Origin: an uncultured Mycoplasma sp.
GTDB taxonomy: Bacteria; Bacillota_I; Bacilli_A; RF39; UBA660
Assembly (NCBI GenBank): GCA_946554525.1
Contig: CAMNSE010000006.1
Location: 7,435 to 71,434, forward strand
Direction: 5' to 3'
Length of the DNA stretch: 64,000 nt
Shown piece by piece: positions 50,690-58,448 of this stretch. A model generated the notes under the pieces. The model was not told where the DNA came from, searched no databases, and worked only from the letters and a program-made list of their open reading frames with translations. Both the position numbers and the translations under genes were made by a program. The number at the start of each line of letters is the position of its first letter. The stretch's first letter is position 1.

Positions 50690-51523
50690 ATGAAGTTAAT
50701 AGATGGAAAAATGATTTCTAGTGAAATTAAAGAAAATTTAAAAAAAGAAATTGAAGAACTAGGTTTAACACCTAAGCTAGCAATTATATTAGTTGGAGAT
50801 AATCCAGCTAGTGAGGTTTATGTTAAAAACAAATTATTAGCAAGTGAAAAAATAGGTGTAGATGCTAAGTTATATCGTTTTGATACAAGTCAAAAGGAAA
50901 GTGAAGTAATCGAATGTGTAAAAGAATTAAATGCAGATGATAGTGTTCATGGCATTATTGTTCAAAGCCCTGTCTCTGTTGGCTTTAATGAAGCATATAT
51001 TAATAGTTTTATTAGCCCTGAAAAAGATGTAGATGGTTTTGGAATTACAAATATGGGATATTTAGCAAGTGATGAAGAAAAATATATTTCTGCGACTCCT
51101 TATGGTATTATCAAATTATTAGAACATGAGAATATTCCTATTGCAGGATCCAATATTGTTGTTGTAGGAAGAAGTAAAATTGTTGGAAGACCGCTTGCGC
51201 TTGCATTACTAAACCGTAATGCTACAGTAACCATTACGCATTCTAAAACAAAAGACTTAAAGAATATTACAAATAAAGCAGATATTTTGATTGCAGCTAT
51301 TGGCAAAGCTCATTTTATTACAAAGGAATACGTAAAAGATGGTGCCGTAGTAATAGATGTTGGAACCAATAGAATAGATGGAAAACTTCTAGGTGATATT
51401 GATTTTGAAAATGTAAAAGATATCGCTTCTTATATTACGCCTGTGCCTGGAGGAGTTGGGCCTATGACAATTGCCATGCTTCTAAATAATGTTGTGGAAA
51501 GTGCAAAAATGCATCAGAAGTAA
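50690..51523 (+). CDS. folD: bifunctional methylenetetrahydrofolate dehydrogenase/cyclohydrolase
   Basis: MKLIDGK...; VGRSKIVGRPLA; PVPGGVGPMTIAML. Confidence 0.9.
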   Translation: MKLIDGKMISSEIKENLKKEIEELGLTPKLAIILVGDNPASEVYVKNKLLASEKIGVDAKLYRFDTSQKESEVIECVKELNADDSVHGIIVQSPVSVGFNEAYINSFISPEKDVDGFGITNMGYLASDEEKYISATPYGIIKLLEHENIPIAGSNIVVVGRSKIVGRPLALALLNRNATVTITHSKTKDLKNITNKADILIAAIGKAHFITKEYVKDGAVVIDVGTNRIDGKLLGDIDFENVKDIASYITPVPGGVGPMTIAMLLNNVVESAKMHQK

Positions 51524-51537
51524 AGGAAATAACTATC

Positions 51538-52206
51538 ATGAGTAAAGGCAAGTTAATTGTAATTGAAGGAACAGATTGTTCTGGAAAGCAGACACAAACA
51601 GATTATCTAGTAAAACAACTTCAAACTTTAGGATATAAAACAGCTTCTTTTAGTTTTCCTGATTATGAAGCACCAACTGGAAGAATTATTGGAGAAGCTT
51701 ACTTAGGAAAAACTGGTGATCCTTATTTTAAAGAAGGAATTGAAAATATAGATCCTAAGCTTTCAAGTCTTTATTATGCCGCAGATAGAAGATACCATAA
51801 GGATGAAATAAATAGCTATTTAAAACAAGGTTATATTGTTATTGTAAATCGTTATGTAGAATCTAATATGGCATTCCAAGGTGGCAAAATTAGAGATATT
51901 AAAAAAAGAAATATGATGTATGAATGGCTAGATAATTTAGAGTTTGTTTTACTGGATTTACCCCGTCCTGATTTAGTGTTATTTTTATACTTACCTTATG
52001 AAGAAGTATGTCTTTTAAAAAAAGATAGAGGAGACTCTGTAAGTGTTGATATGTTAAGAATGGCAGAGACAGCCTACTTAGAACTTTCTTCTATTTATGA
52101 ATATCAAAAAATAAATTGCATGATTGATAATAAATTAAGAACCATCGATGATATTGGCTCTGAAATTACGCAAAAAGTAAGAACTTTTTTAGAAAGTGAG
52201 AAGTAA
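51538..52206 (+). CDS. thymidylate kinase-family (dNMP kinase-like) protein
   Basis: P-loop [12 protein letters not shown] resembles Tmk FEGIDGSGKTTQ; DRY-like region and lid; lies between folD and queA rather than near holB. Confidence 0.55.
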   Translation: MSKGKLIVIEGTDCSGKQTQTDYLVKQLQTLGYKTASFSFPDYEAPTGRIIGEAYLGKTGDPYFKEGIENIDPKLSSLYYAADRRYHKDEINSYLKQGYIVIVNRYVESNMAFQGGKIRDIKKRNMMYEWLDNLEFVLLDLPRPDLVLFLYLPYEEVCLLKKDRGDSVSVDMLRMAETAYLELSSIYEYQKINCMIDNKLRTIDDIGSEITQKVRTFLESEK

Positions 52207-52208
52207 AA

Positions 52209-53231
52209 ATGAATTTAAATGATTTTAATTATGACTTGCCAGAAGAATTAATTGCTCAAACACCAATTAAGGAAAGGGATACATCAAAACTAATGGTACT
52301 TAATAAAGAAACTGGTGAGACCATTCATAAACACTTTAAAGATATAGTTGATGAATTAAACGCTGGAGATGTTTTAGTATTAAATGATACAAAAGTAATA
52401 CCAGCTAGACTTATAGGAGCAAAAGAAGATACAGGAGCTATAATAGAACTTCTTCTTCTAAAAGATTTAGGTGATAATAAATGGGAGTGTTTATCTAGGC
52501 CAGCTAAAAGATTAAAAATAGGAACTATAGTAACATTTAGTGATAAATTAAGTGCAAAAATTATAGAGAAAAAAGAAGAAGGAATAGTAATAGCAGAGCT
52601 TCTTTATGAAGGAATTCTAATGGAAATATTAGATGAACTTGGAGAAATGCCTTTGCCACCATATATTCATGAAAAATTAAATGAAAAAGACCGATATCAA
52701 ACTGTTTATGCTAAAAATATTGGCAGTGCCGCTGCTCCTACAGCAGGTCTTCATTTTACTAATGATTTAATGGAAAACTTAAGAAATAAAGGAGTAAAAA
52801 TCTTATTTGTCACTCTTCATGTAGGACTTGGGACTTTTAGACCAGTCGAAGTTGAAAATATTTTAGATCATCATATGCATAGTGAATTTTATAGAATGAG
52901 CGAAGAGACTGCAAAAGAATTAAATAAAGCAAAAGAAGAAGGAAGAAAAATATATGCAGTAGGTACGACATCAACAAGAGTATTAGAAACAATTGCACAT
53001 AAATATAATAAGTTTGTATCTTGTTCTGGCAATACCGATATATTTATTTATCCAGGATTTGAATTTAAAGCAATTAATGGACTGATAACTAATTTTCATT
53101 TACCAAAATCAACATTAATTATGTTAGTTAGTGCATTATCAAGTAAAGATATTATTCTAAATGCATATAAAATTGCTGTAGAAAATAAGTATCGTTTTTT
53201 CTCTTTTGGAGATGCAATGTTTATTAAATAG
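52209..53231 (+). CDS. queA: S-adenosylmethionine:tRNA ribosyltransferase-isomerase
   Basis: [31 protein letters not shown]ueA N-terminus; GTTSTR motif. Confidence 0.9.
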   Translation: MNLNDFNYDLPEELIAQTPIKERDTSKLMVLNKETGETIHKHFKDIVDELNAGDVLVLNDTKVIPARLIGAKEDTGAIIELLLLKDLGDNKWECLSRPAKRLKIGTIVTFSDKLSAKIIEKKEEGIVIAELLYEGILMEILDELGEMPLPPYIHEKLNEKDRYQTVYAKNIGSAAAPTAGLHFTNDLMENLRNKGVKILFVTLHVGLGTFRPVEVENILDHHMHSEFYRMSEETAKELNKAKEEGRKIYAVGTTSTRVLETIAHKYNKFVSCSGNTDIFIYPGFEFKAINGLITNFHLPKSTLIMLVSALSSKDIILNAYKIAVENKYRFFSFGDAMFIK

Positions 53232-53340
53232 GCTTAAGCTTATTTTTTCTTTAAAAAACATCATGTTTAAGAATGTGCAAACAAGGAAAGTGATGCGATT
53301 ACTGATTATCCATATGAATTAGAATTAAATTAAAATAAAA

Positions 53341-53372
53341 AATAGTGTCAAATGTACTATTTTTTATTTATT
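53341..53372 (+). terminator. probable intrinsic terminator downstream of queA
   Basis: aatagt-gtcaaatgt-actatt followed by TTTTTaTTTaTT. Confidence 0.5.
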
Positions 53373-53424
53373 GTATCTTGTTTAGTAATATTATTTTAGA
53401 TATACTAATAATGGTGAAGATAAT

Positions 53425-53580
53425 ATGAAATTTTATGAAAAATTATTAATATCTCTTATTGGCTTTATTCTTGTAATAGTAGCAACCATAGGAATAGTAG
53501 CATATTATGCGCATATTAAAAATAATAGTGAAGAGCACAAGAAAAATAGCGTTGTATTAGATTATATTAATCTATTTTGA
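53425..53580 (+). CDS. possible small membrane protein (51 aa)
   Basis: MKFYEKLLISLIGFILVIVATIGIVAYYAHIKNNSEEHKKNSVVLDYINLF; RBS ggtgaag; its 3' end overlaps the convergent yigZ-like gene by 14 bp. Confidence 0.3.
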   Translation: MKFYEKLLISLIGFILVIVATIGIVAYYAHIKNNSEEHKKNSVVLDYINLF

Positions 53581-53920
53581 TAACTTCTTTTGCAGCGTTA
53601 CTATAAGCTCTAATAAGACCACCAGCTCCTAACTTAATTCTCCCAAAATAACGAATAATCACAAGTAACTTATGATCTAAGTTATTTTTTTCTATTATAT
53701 TAAATATTGGGCTACCAGCAGTGCCATTAGGCTCTTTATCATCACTTTTTTTAACACAGGTATCTATTTTATAAGCGAAGGGAAAATGTCTAGCTTTTTT
53801 ATGTTCTTTTTTTAAATCATTTAATATAAAGTCTACTTCTTCTAAAGAATTAATTTCAAAATAAAAAGCTATAAATTTTGACTTTTTTACTTCTAAAGTG
53901 TAAGTGTTTAATAATTTCAT
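53567..53920 (-). CDS. IMPACT/YigZ family protein, N-terminal UPF0029 domain only (117 aa)
   Basis: EPNGTAGSPIFNII corresponds to the conserved GTAG.P motif of the YigZ/IMPACT N-domain; no C-terminal DUF1949 part. Confidence 0.7.
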   Translation of the reverse strand: MKLLNTYTLEVKKSKFIAFYFEINSLEEVDFILNDLKKEHKKARHFPFAYKIDTCVKKSDDKEPNGTAGSPIFNIIEKNNLDHKLLVIIRYFGRIKLGAGGLIRAYSNAAKEVIKID

Positions 53921-53991
53921 AAAATCACCATATTAATTATAACTTAAAAAATTAAAAATTTGTAGTATAATATAGATGTAGGTGAAAAATT

Positions 53992-55776
53992 ATGTTTAAG
54001 GATAAATTAAAATTAATTCCCCATTTACCCGGATCATATCAAATGAAAAATAGTGATGGAGTAATTATTTATGTAGGGAAAGCAAAAGATTTAAATAAAA
54101 GAGTTAATTCTTATTTCAATAGGCCTCATACTGGGAAAACAGAGAAAATGGTTAGTGAAATAGCAGACTTCGAATATATTGTTGCATCTAGCGAGTTAGA
54201 AGCATTCTTACTTGAATTTAATTTAATTAAAGAATATGATCCTAAATATAATATTTTACTAAAAGATGATAAAAGCTATCCATATATCGAGTATATTAGT
54301 AAGCCATATCCAAGACTTCAAGTGGCTAGATATTTAAATATTAAGAAAAAAGATAAAAAAATGCTTTTTGGCCCATATCCTAATGCTTATGCGGCTCGAA
54401 AAATTGTATCATTAATTAATCGCCTATATCCTCTAAAAAAATGTGATATAATGCCTAAAAAAGTTTGCCTATACTATCATATAGGCGAATGCCTAGGATA
54501 TTGTGAAAAAAATGTCGATGCTTCTAAGTTGCAAGTTATGGAAAATGAAATACTGGCATTTTTAAAGGGCAATGGGGATATATTAAAAAATAAAATTTTA
54601 GAAAAAATAGAAATGTATAGTAAAAATTTAAATTTTGAAATGGCTTTAGAATTAAAAAAAGAATTGAATTATATTAATGTAATATTAGATAAACAAAAGA
54701 TGGAATTACATGATTATGTAAATAGAGATGTTGTAGGATATTTTTTTGATAAAGGATATTTAAGTATTCAAATCCTTTTTTTAAGAAATGGTCGTATGGT
54801 AGGTGGTCATTCTGATTTATTCCCAATTATTGGTGAATGGAGGGATGAATTGGATACATATTTAATGAATTTTTATAATAGACACGAAATTCCTAAAGAA
54901 GTTTTATGCGATAAAATGATTAACAAAGATATTCTAAGCGAGTTATTATCTACAAGTTTTGTTGTGCCTATGAAAGGAAAAAAGAAAAATTTAGTAGAAA
55001 TGGCAATATTAAATGCCAAAATAAACTTAGAAAACGAGTTAGAAGTAGTACAAAAAAATGAAGAGAAAACTGAACAAGCAAATGAAGAGTTAAAAAGCAT
55101 TTTAGACTTGAAAAAATTAGACCGTATTGATTTATTCGATAACTCTAATCTGTTTGGCTCTTTTACTGTAAGTTGCATGGTAGTGTTTAAAAATGGTAAA
55201 CCTTGTAAAAGCGAATATCGTAAATATAAAATTAGTCTAGAGCAAAATGATGATTATCATACTATGGAAGAAGTAATTTATAGAAGATATTACCGAGCTT
55301 TAGTAGATAAAACTGAATTACCTGATTTAATAATAGTTGATGGAGGAATTAATCAAATTAATGCTTGTAAGAATATTTTAGAAGAATTAAATTTAAATAT
55401 TCGCGTATGTGGTTTACAAAAAAACAATAAACATAGAACGAATGACTTACTAGATGGCGTAAGCTACAAAATCATTGAAATGGATAAAACAAGTAATGTA
55501 TTTCACTATCTAACCAGAATGCAAGATGAAGTCCATAGGTATACAATAAGTTACCATAGAGCAATTAGAAGTAAGGGAGCAATTTCCAGTGTCTTAGATA
55601 ATATTGAAGGAATTGGCGCAAAAAGAAAAAAAGCTTTAATTAAGCGTTTTGGAAGTGTAAGCAAAATTAAAGATGCAAATATAGAAGAAATTGCAGAAAT
55701 TATACCTGAGTCTGTAGCAATTAAGTTGAAAGAATATTTAAAGAGTTTTAAAGAAGAACAAAAAAATGAAAAATAA
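53992..55776 (+). CDS. uvrC: excinuclease ABC subunit C
   Basis: GIY-YIG N-terminus (PGSYQMKNSDGVIIYVGKAKDL), UvrBC-interaction region, RNase H-like and C-terminal HhH domains. Confidence 0.95.
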   Translation: MFKDKLKLIPHLPGSYQMKNSDGVIIYVGKAKDLNKRVNSYFNRPHTGKTEKMVSEIADFEYIVASSELEAFLLEFNLIKEYDPKYNILLKDDKSYPYIEYISKPYPRLQVARYLNIKKKDKKMLFGPYPNAYAARKIVSLINRLYPLKKCDIMPKKVCLYYHIGECLGYCEKNVDASKLQVMENEILAFLKGNGDILKNKILEKIEMYSKNLNFEMALELKKELNYINVILDKQKMELHDYVNRDVVGYFFDKGYLSIQILFLRNGRMVGGHSDLFPIIGEWRDELDTYLMNFYNRHEIPKEVLCDKMINKDILSELLSTSFVVPMKGKKKNLVEMAILNAKINLENELEVVQKNEEKTEQANEELKSILDLKKLDRIDLFDNSNLFGSFTVSCMVVFKNGKPCKSEYRKYKISLEQNDDYHTMEEVIYRRYYRALVDKTELPDLIIVDGGINQINACKNILEELNLNIRVCGLQKNNKHRTNDLLDGVSYKIIEMDKTSNVFHYLTRMQDEVHRYTISYHRAIRSKGAISSVLDNIEGIGAKRKKALIKRFGSVSKIKDANIEEIAEIIPESVAIKLKEYLKSFKEEQKNEK

Positions 55777-55856
55777 ATTATATTTTGTTCTTTTTTATTT
55801 TACTTTTTGTAGATTTTAAATATGATTTTTGTTAAAATATTTTTAAGGTGGTCAAT

Positions 55857-57005
55857 ATGTCTTGTTTAATCGAACTAGAAAAAGAAAATATTTTAGTATC
55901 AAGTAAAATTTTAAAATATGAGAAGCCAGATTTTATTTATATTCCTATAGATCAAAATTCTTTGTTTAAAATTAAGAAAGATGAAAATATAGCTATTGGT
56001 AAAGAAATAGTTGAAAATAGTAGAGAAAAAGAATTTTCTTCAATATCGGGAGTTGTTACTAAAATAGTGAAGCTAAATAGTATTAAAGGAAAACAAGATT
56101 TTATTGAAATTGCCAATGATTTTAAAGAAACATTTGTCAACAAGCGAGCATTAAGAAAAACACTAGGTGTAATGAAAAAAGAAGATATTGAAGAAAGACT
56201 AACAAGTAATATCGCGTGGGAATTAAATCATAAAAAGAATTTTATTTTAAACTGTATTGATGATGAACCCTATGTTTTAAATGAAAATTTTTATTTATTA
56301 AATCATTGGGAAGAATTTCTAGAATTATTGGACGAGTTAACTAAAATTTATGGTTTTAATCAAGTAACAATTTGTGTAAAATCAAATAGCAGCGAAAATA
56401 TTAATCGTATAATTAGTATGATTGGTGCTACTCCCCATATAAAAATAGAGGTATGTCCTAATTTATATTTATTAGGAAATAATTCATTTTTATTAAATCA
56501 TTTAAATAAAAATGAAGAAGATACAATTATATTAAAGGCTAAAGAATTTTATGAATTATTTAATAGAATAAAAAGAAACTGTTATACAGGTGAGAAATTA
56601 ATTACAATTAGTGGGAATGGCATTATAAATCCTTCAGTAATTAGTGTTAAAGTTGGTTCCAAGCTAAGTGATGTAGTGAAAGAGTATATCAAGCTAAAAA
56701 AAGAGCCATTAGTTTATTTTGCAAATGGTTTAATGCAAGGTAAAAAAATAGATATAAATAACTTTATAATTACAAATGATTTCGATAGCTTAATTATTAT
56801 GAAAGAAGAAAAAGATAAAAAGGAATTAAAATGTATAAATTGTGGCGCTTGCCTAAAATTATGCCCAGTAGGGCTTAATCCTATATTATTTAAGAACAAA
56901 GATTATTTAGAACTAGCCAAAGAAAAATGTATACATTGTGGTCTTTGTTCTTATATTTGCCCTGTAAACATAAACTTTAAAGAATTATTAGAAGGGGATC
57001 GATAG
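55857..57005 (+). CDS. RnfC-like protein with a C-terminal 2x[4Fe-4S] ferredoxin domain
   Basis: N-terminal barrel-sandwich-like segment (SSISGVVTKI); CINCGACLKLCP and CIHCGLCSYICP clusters; start at MSCLIE after RBS aaggtgg. Confidence 0.45.
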   Translation: MSCLIELEKENILVSSKILKYEKPDFIYIPIDQNSLFKIKKDENIAIGKEIVENSREKEFSSISGVVTKIVKLNSIKGKQDFIEIANDFKETFVNKRALRKTLGVMKKEDIEERLTSNIAWELNHKKNFILNCIDDEPYVLNENFYLLNHWEEFLELLDELTKIYGFNQVTICVKSNSSENINRIISMIGATPHIKIEVCPNLYLLGNNSFLLNHLNKNEEDTIILKAKEFYELFNRIKRNCYTGEKLITISGNGIINPSVISVKVGSKLSDVVKEYIKLKKEPLVYFANGLMQGKKIDINNFIITNDFDSLIIMKEEKDKKELKCINCGACLKLCPVGLNPILFKNKDYLELAKEKCIHCGLCSYICPVNINFKELLEGDR

Positions 57006-57006
57006 T

Positions 57007-57894
57007 ATGAATTATTTACATTATAAAAAAAGTAAAGAAGATGTTATTAAAAGCTATTATATTGCGCTTATCCCACTAATAATATTTAGTATTTATAAAA
57101 ATGGGATGTTATTGTATCAAAATAGTTTAATTCATTTTTATAAGATACTAATGCCATTATATTTTTTAGGAATTAGTGCTTTAGTAGCTTTAGTTATTTC
57201 AAAAATATTAAAAATTAGCAGCAAAGAATTAATATTGGAAAGCCTTATAGTTGGATGTTCTATTTCAATTAATACCAATATGATTATTTATCCTATTCTT
57301 TTATTTGTGAGTTTATTTATATTAGAATATTTAAAAAAAGATAAAAAAGTGAATATAAATGATAAAGCGTTACTTCATTTAATACTTTTATTAGCGCTTT
57401 TTATAAATTCTTATTCATATTTAAATATTGGAGAAAAGTTAGGTGCATTCAGTTATAATTTATTTGATATATTTTTAGGGCATACCAGTGGAGGAATAGC
57501 ATCATTTAGTTTATTTTTTATAATTATAAGTTTTATTATTTTAGCATGTAATCCCTTTTATAAGAAAAAAGTTGCTATCTTTAGTAGTATTTCATATTTA
57601 GTAGTGTTATTAATCCTTTTTTTAATATTTCAAAAGATAAATTATTTAAACTTAATGTTAAGTGGTAATGCATATTTTTCATTTGTATTTATAGCAAGTG
57701 ATTTATATATAAGTCCATATAGTGAAAATGGTATGATTGTATATGGAATAATAATTGGGGCTATAACCGGTTTAATAGTAACATTTTTACCATATGAAAG
57801 CGCATATATAGCGACACTTATGGGAAGCATTATAATTCCTTTTATTAATCATTATCAAAATAAAAAATTCACGGTTTTAAAGGCTAAGGTTTGA
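57007..57894 (+). CDS. polytopic membrane protein, possibly RnfD/NqrB-like
   Basis: 8-9 predicted TM segments; translationally coupled to the RnfC-like gene; no FMN-attachment motif confirmed. Confidence 0.4.
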   Translation: MNYLHYKKSKEDVIKSYYIALIPLIIFSIYKNGMLLYQNSLIHFYKILMPLYFLGISALVALVISKILKISSKELILESLIVGCSISINTNMIIYPILLFVSLFILEYLKKDKKVNINDKALLHLILLLALFINSYSYLNIGEKLGAFSYNLFDIFLGHTSGGIASFSLFFIIISFIILACNPFYKKKVAIFSSISYLVVLLILFLIFQKINYLNLMLSGNAYFSFVFIASDLYISPYSENGMIVYGIIIGAITGLIVTFLPYESAYIATLMGSIIIPFINHYQNKKFTVLKAKV

Positions 57895-57951
57895 CAAGAG
57901 ATATTTTTCTGGATATAATAAAAATCGCTTTTATTAGGCGGTGAAAAACAT

Positions 57952-58308
57952 ATGCAAAAAAGGGATTATAATTTATGGATAGATTATCATTATGGAAGAA
58001 TAAGTAGAAAATTAAGTGAAGATGAATACAGTGAAATAGCAGCATGTGACTTTGCTATGCACCTACTTATACCCACAGATACACTATTAAAAATGTGTGG
58101 CGGTTGGAATAATTTAGAAAATATGGATATTATTCATAATCCTAATATGATTAAAAGGCTATCGGATATATTTTTAGTTCCTGAAGAAGTAATGTTACTT
58201 AAATTGGATTACTTAATTAAGCAGAAAAAGAAAGATGAAAATAGAAGTAGTGTCAAAAAAAGAATTTTAAAAAGAGAAGGCAATGTAATATTTGCTGACT
58301 TTAATTAA
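57952..58308 (+). CDS. hypothetical protein (118 aa)
   Basis: ORF with RBS ggcggtgaaaa; no recognised motifs. Confidence 0.4.
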   Translation: MQKRDYNLWIDYHYGRISRKLSEDEYSEIAACDFAMHLLIPTDTLLKMCGGWNNLENMDIIHNPNMIKRLSDIFLVPEEVMLLKLDYLIKQKKKDENRSSVKKRILKREGNVIFADFN

Positions 58309-58335
58309 TATCACAATATTTATAGTGAAAAACAA

Positions 58336-58364
58336 TTTACAAAAAAATTAAAATATGTTATAGT
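58336..58364 (+). promoter_or_regulatory. sigma-A-type promoter (-35 TTTACA, 17-nt spacer, -10 TATAGT) for the adhesin-sortase operon
   Basis: Read from the sequence. Confidence 0.55.
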
Positions 58365-58376
58365 AAATCTCGCTTA

Positions 58377-58428
58377 CTCATGAAAACTCTATATTCCAGT
58401 GGATAGAGAGACTTTTCATGAGTTTTTC
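58377..58428 (+). promoter_or_regulatory. terminator-like stem-loop in the 5' leader (possible attenuator)
   Basis: ctcatgaaaa+ctctat / atagag+ttttcatgag bipartite stem (10+6 bp, 4-nt bulge, 10-nt loop) followed by TTTTTC, placed between the promoter and the RBS of the 58449 gene. Confidence 0.45.
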
Positions 58429-58448
58429 TATCTAGAAAAGGAAAATAG

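Noticed and set aside
53232-53340. 19-aa ORF and the GCTTAAGC palindrome after queA
   Set aside because: The palindrome cannot form a hairpin with a usable loop and the mini-ORF has no RBS. The better terminator candidate is at 53341..53372.
57952-58308. 118-aa ORF considered as an ImmA/IrrE-type metallopeptidase or antitoxin
   Set aside because: There is no HEXXH motif, only a single His in an AMHLL context, and no partner HTH gene adjacent.
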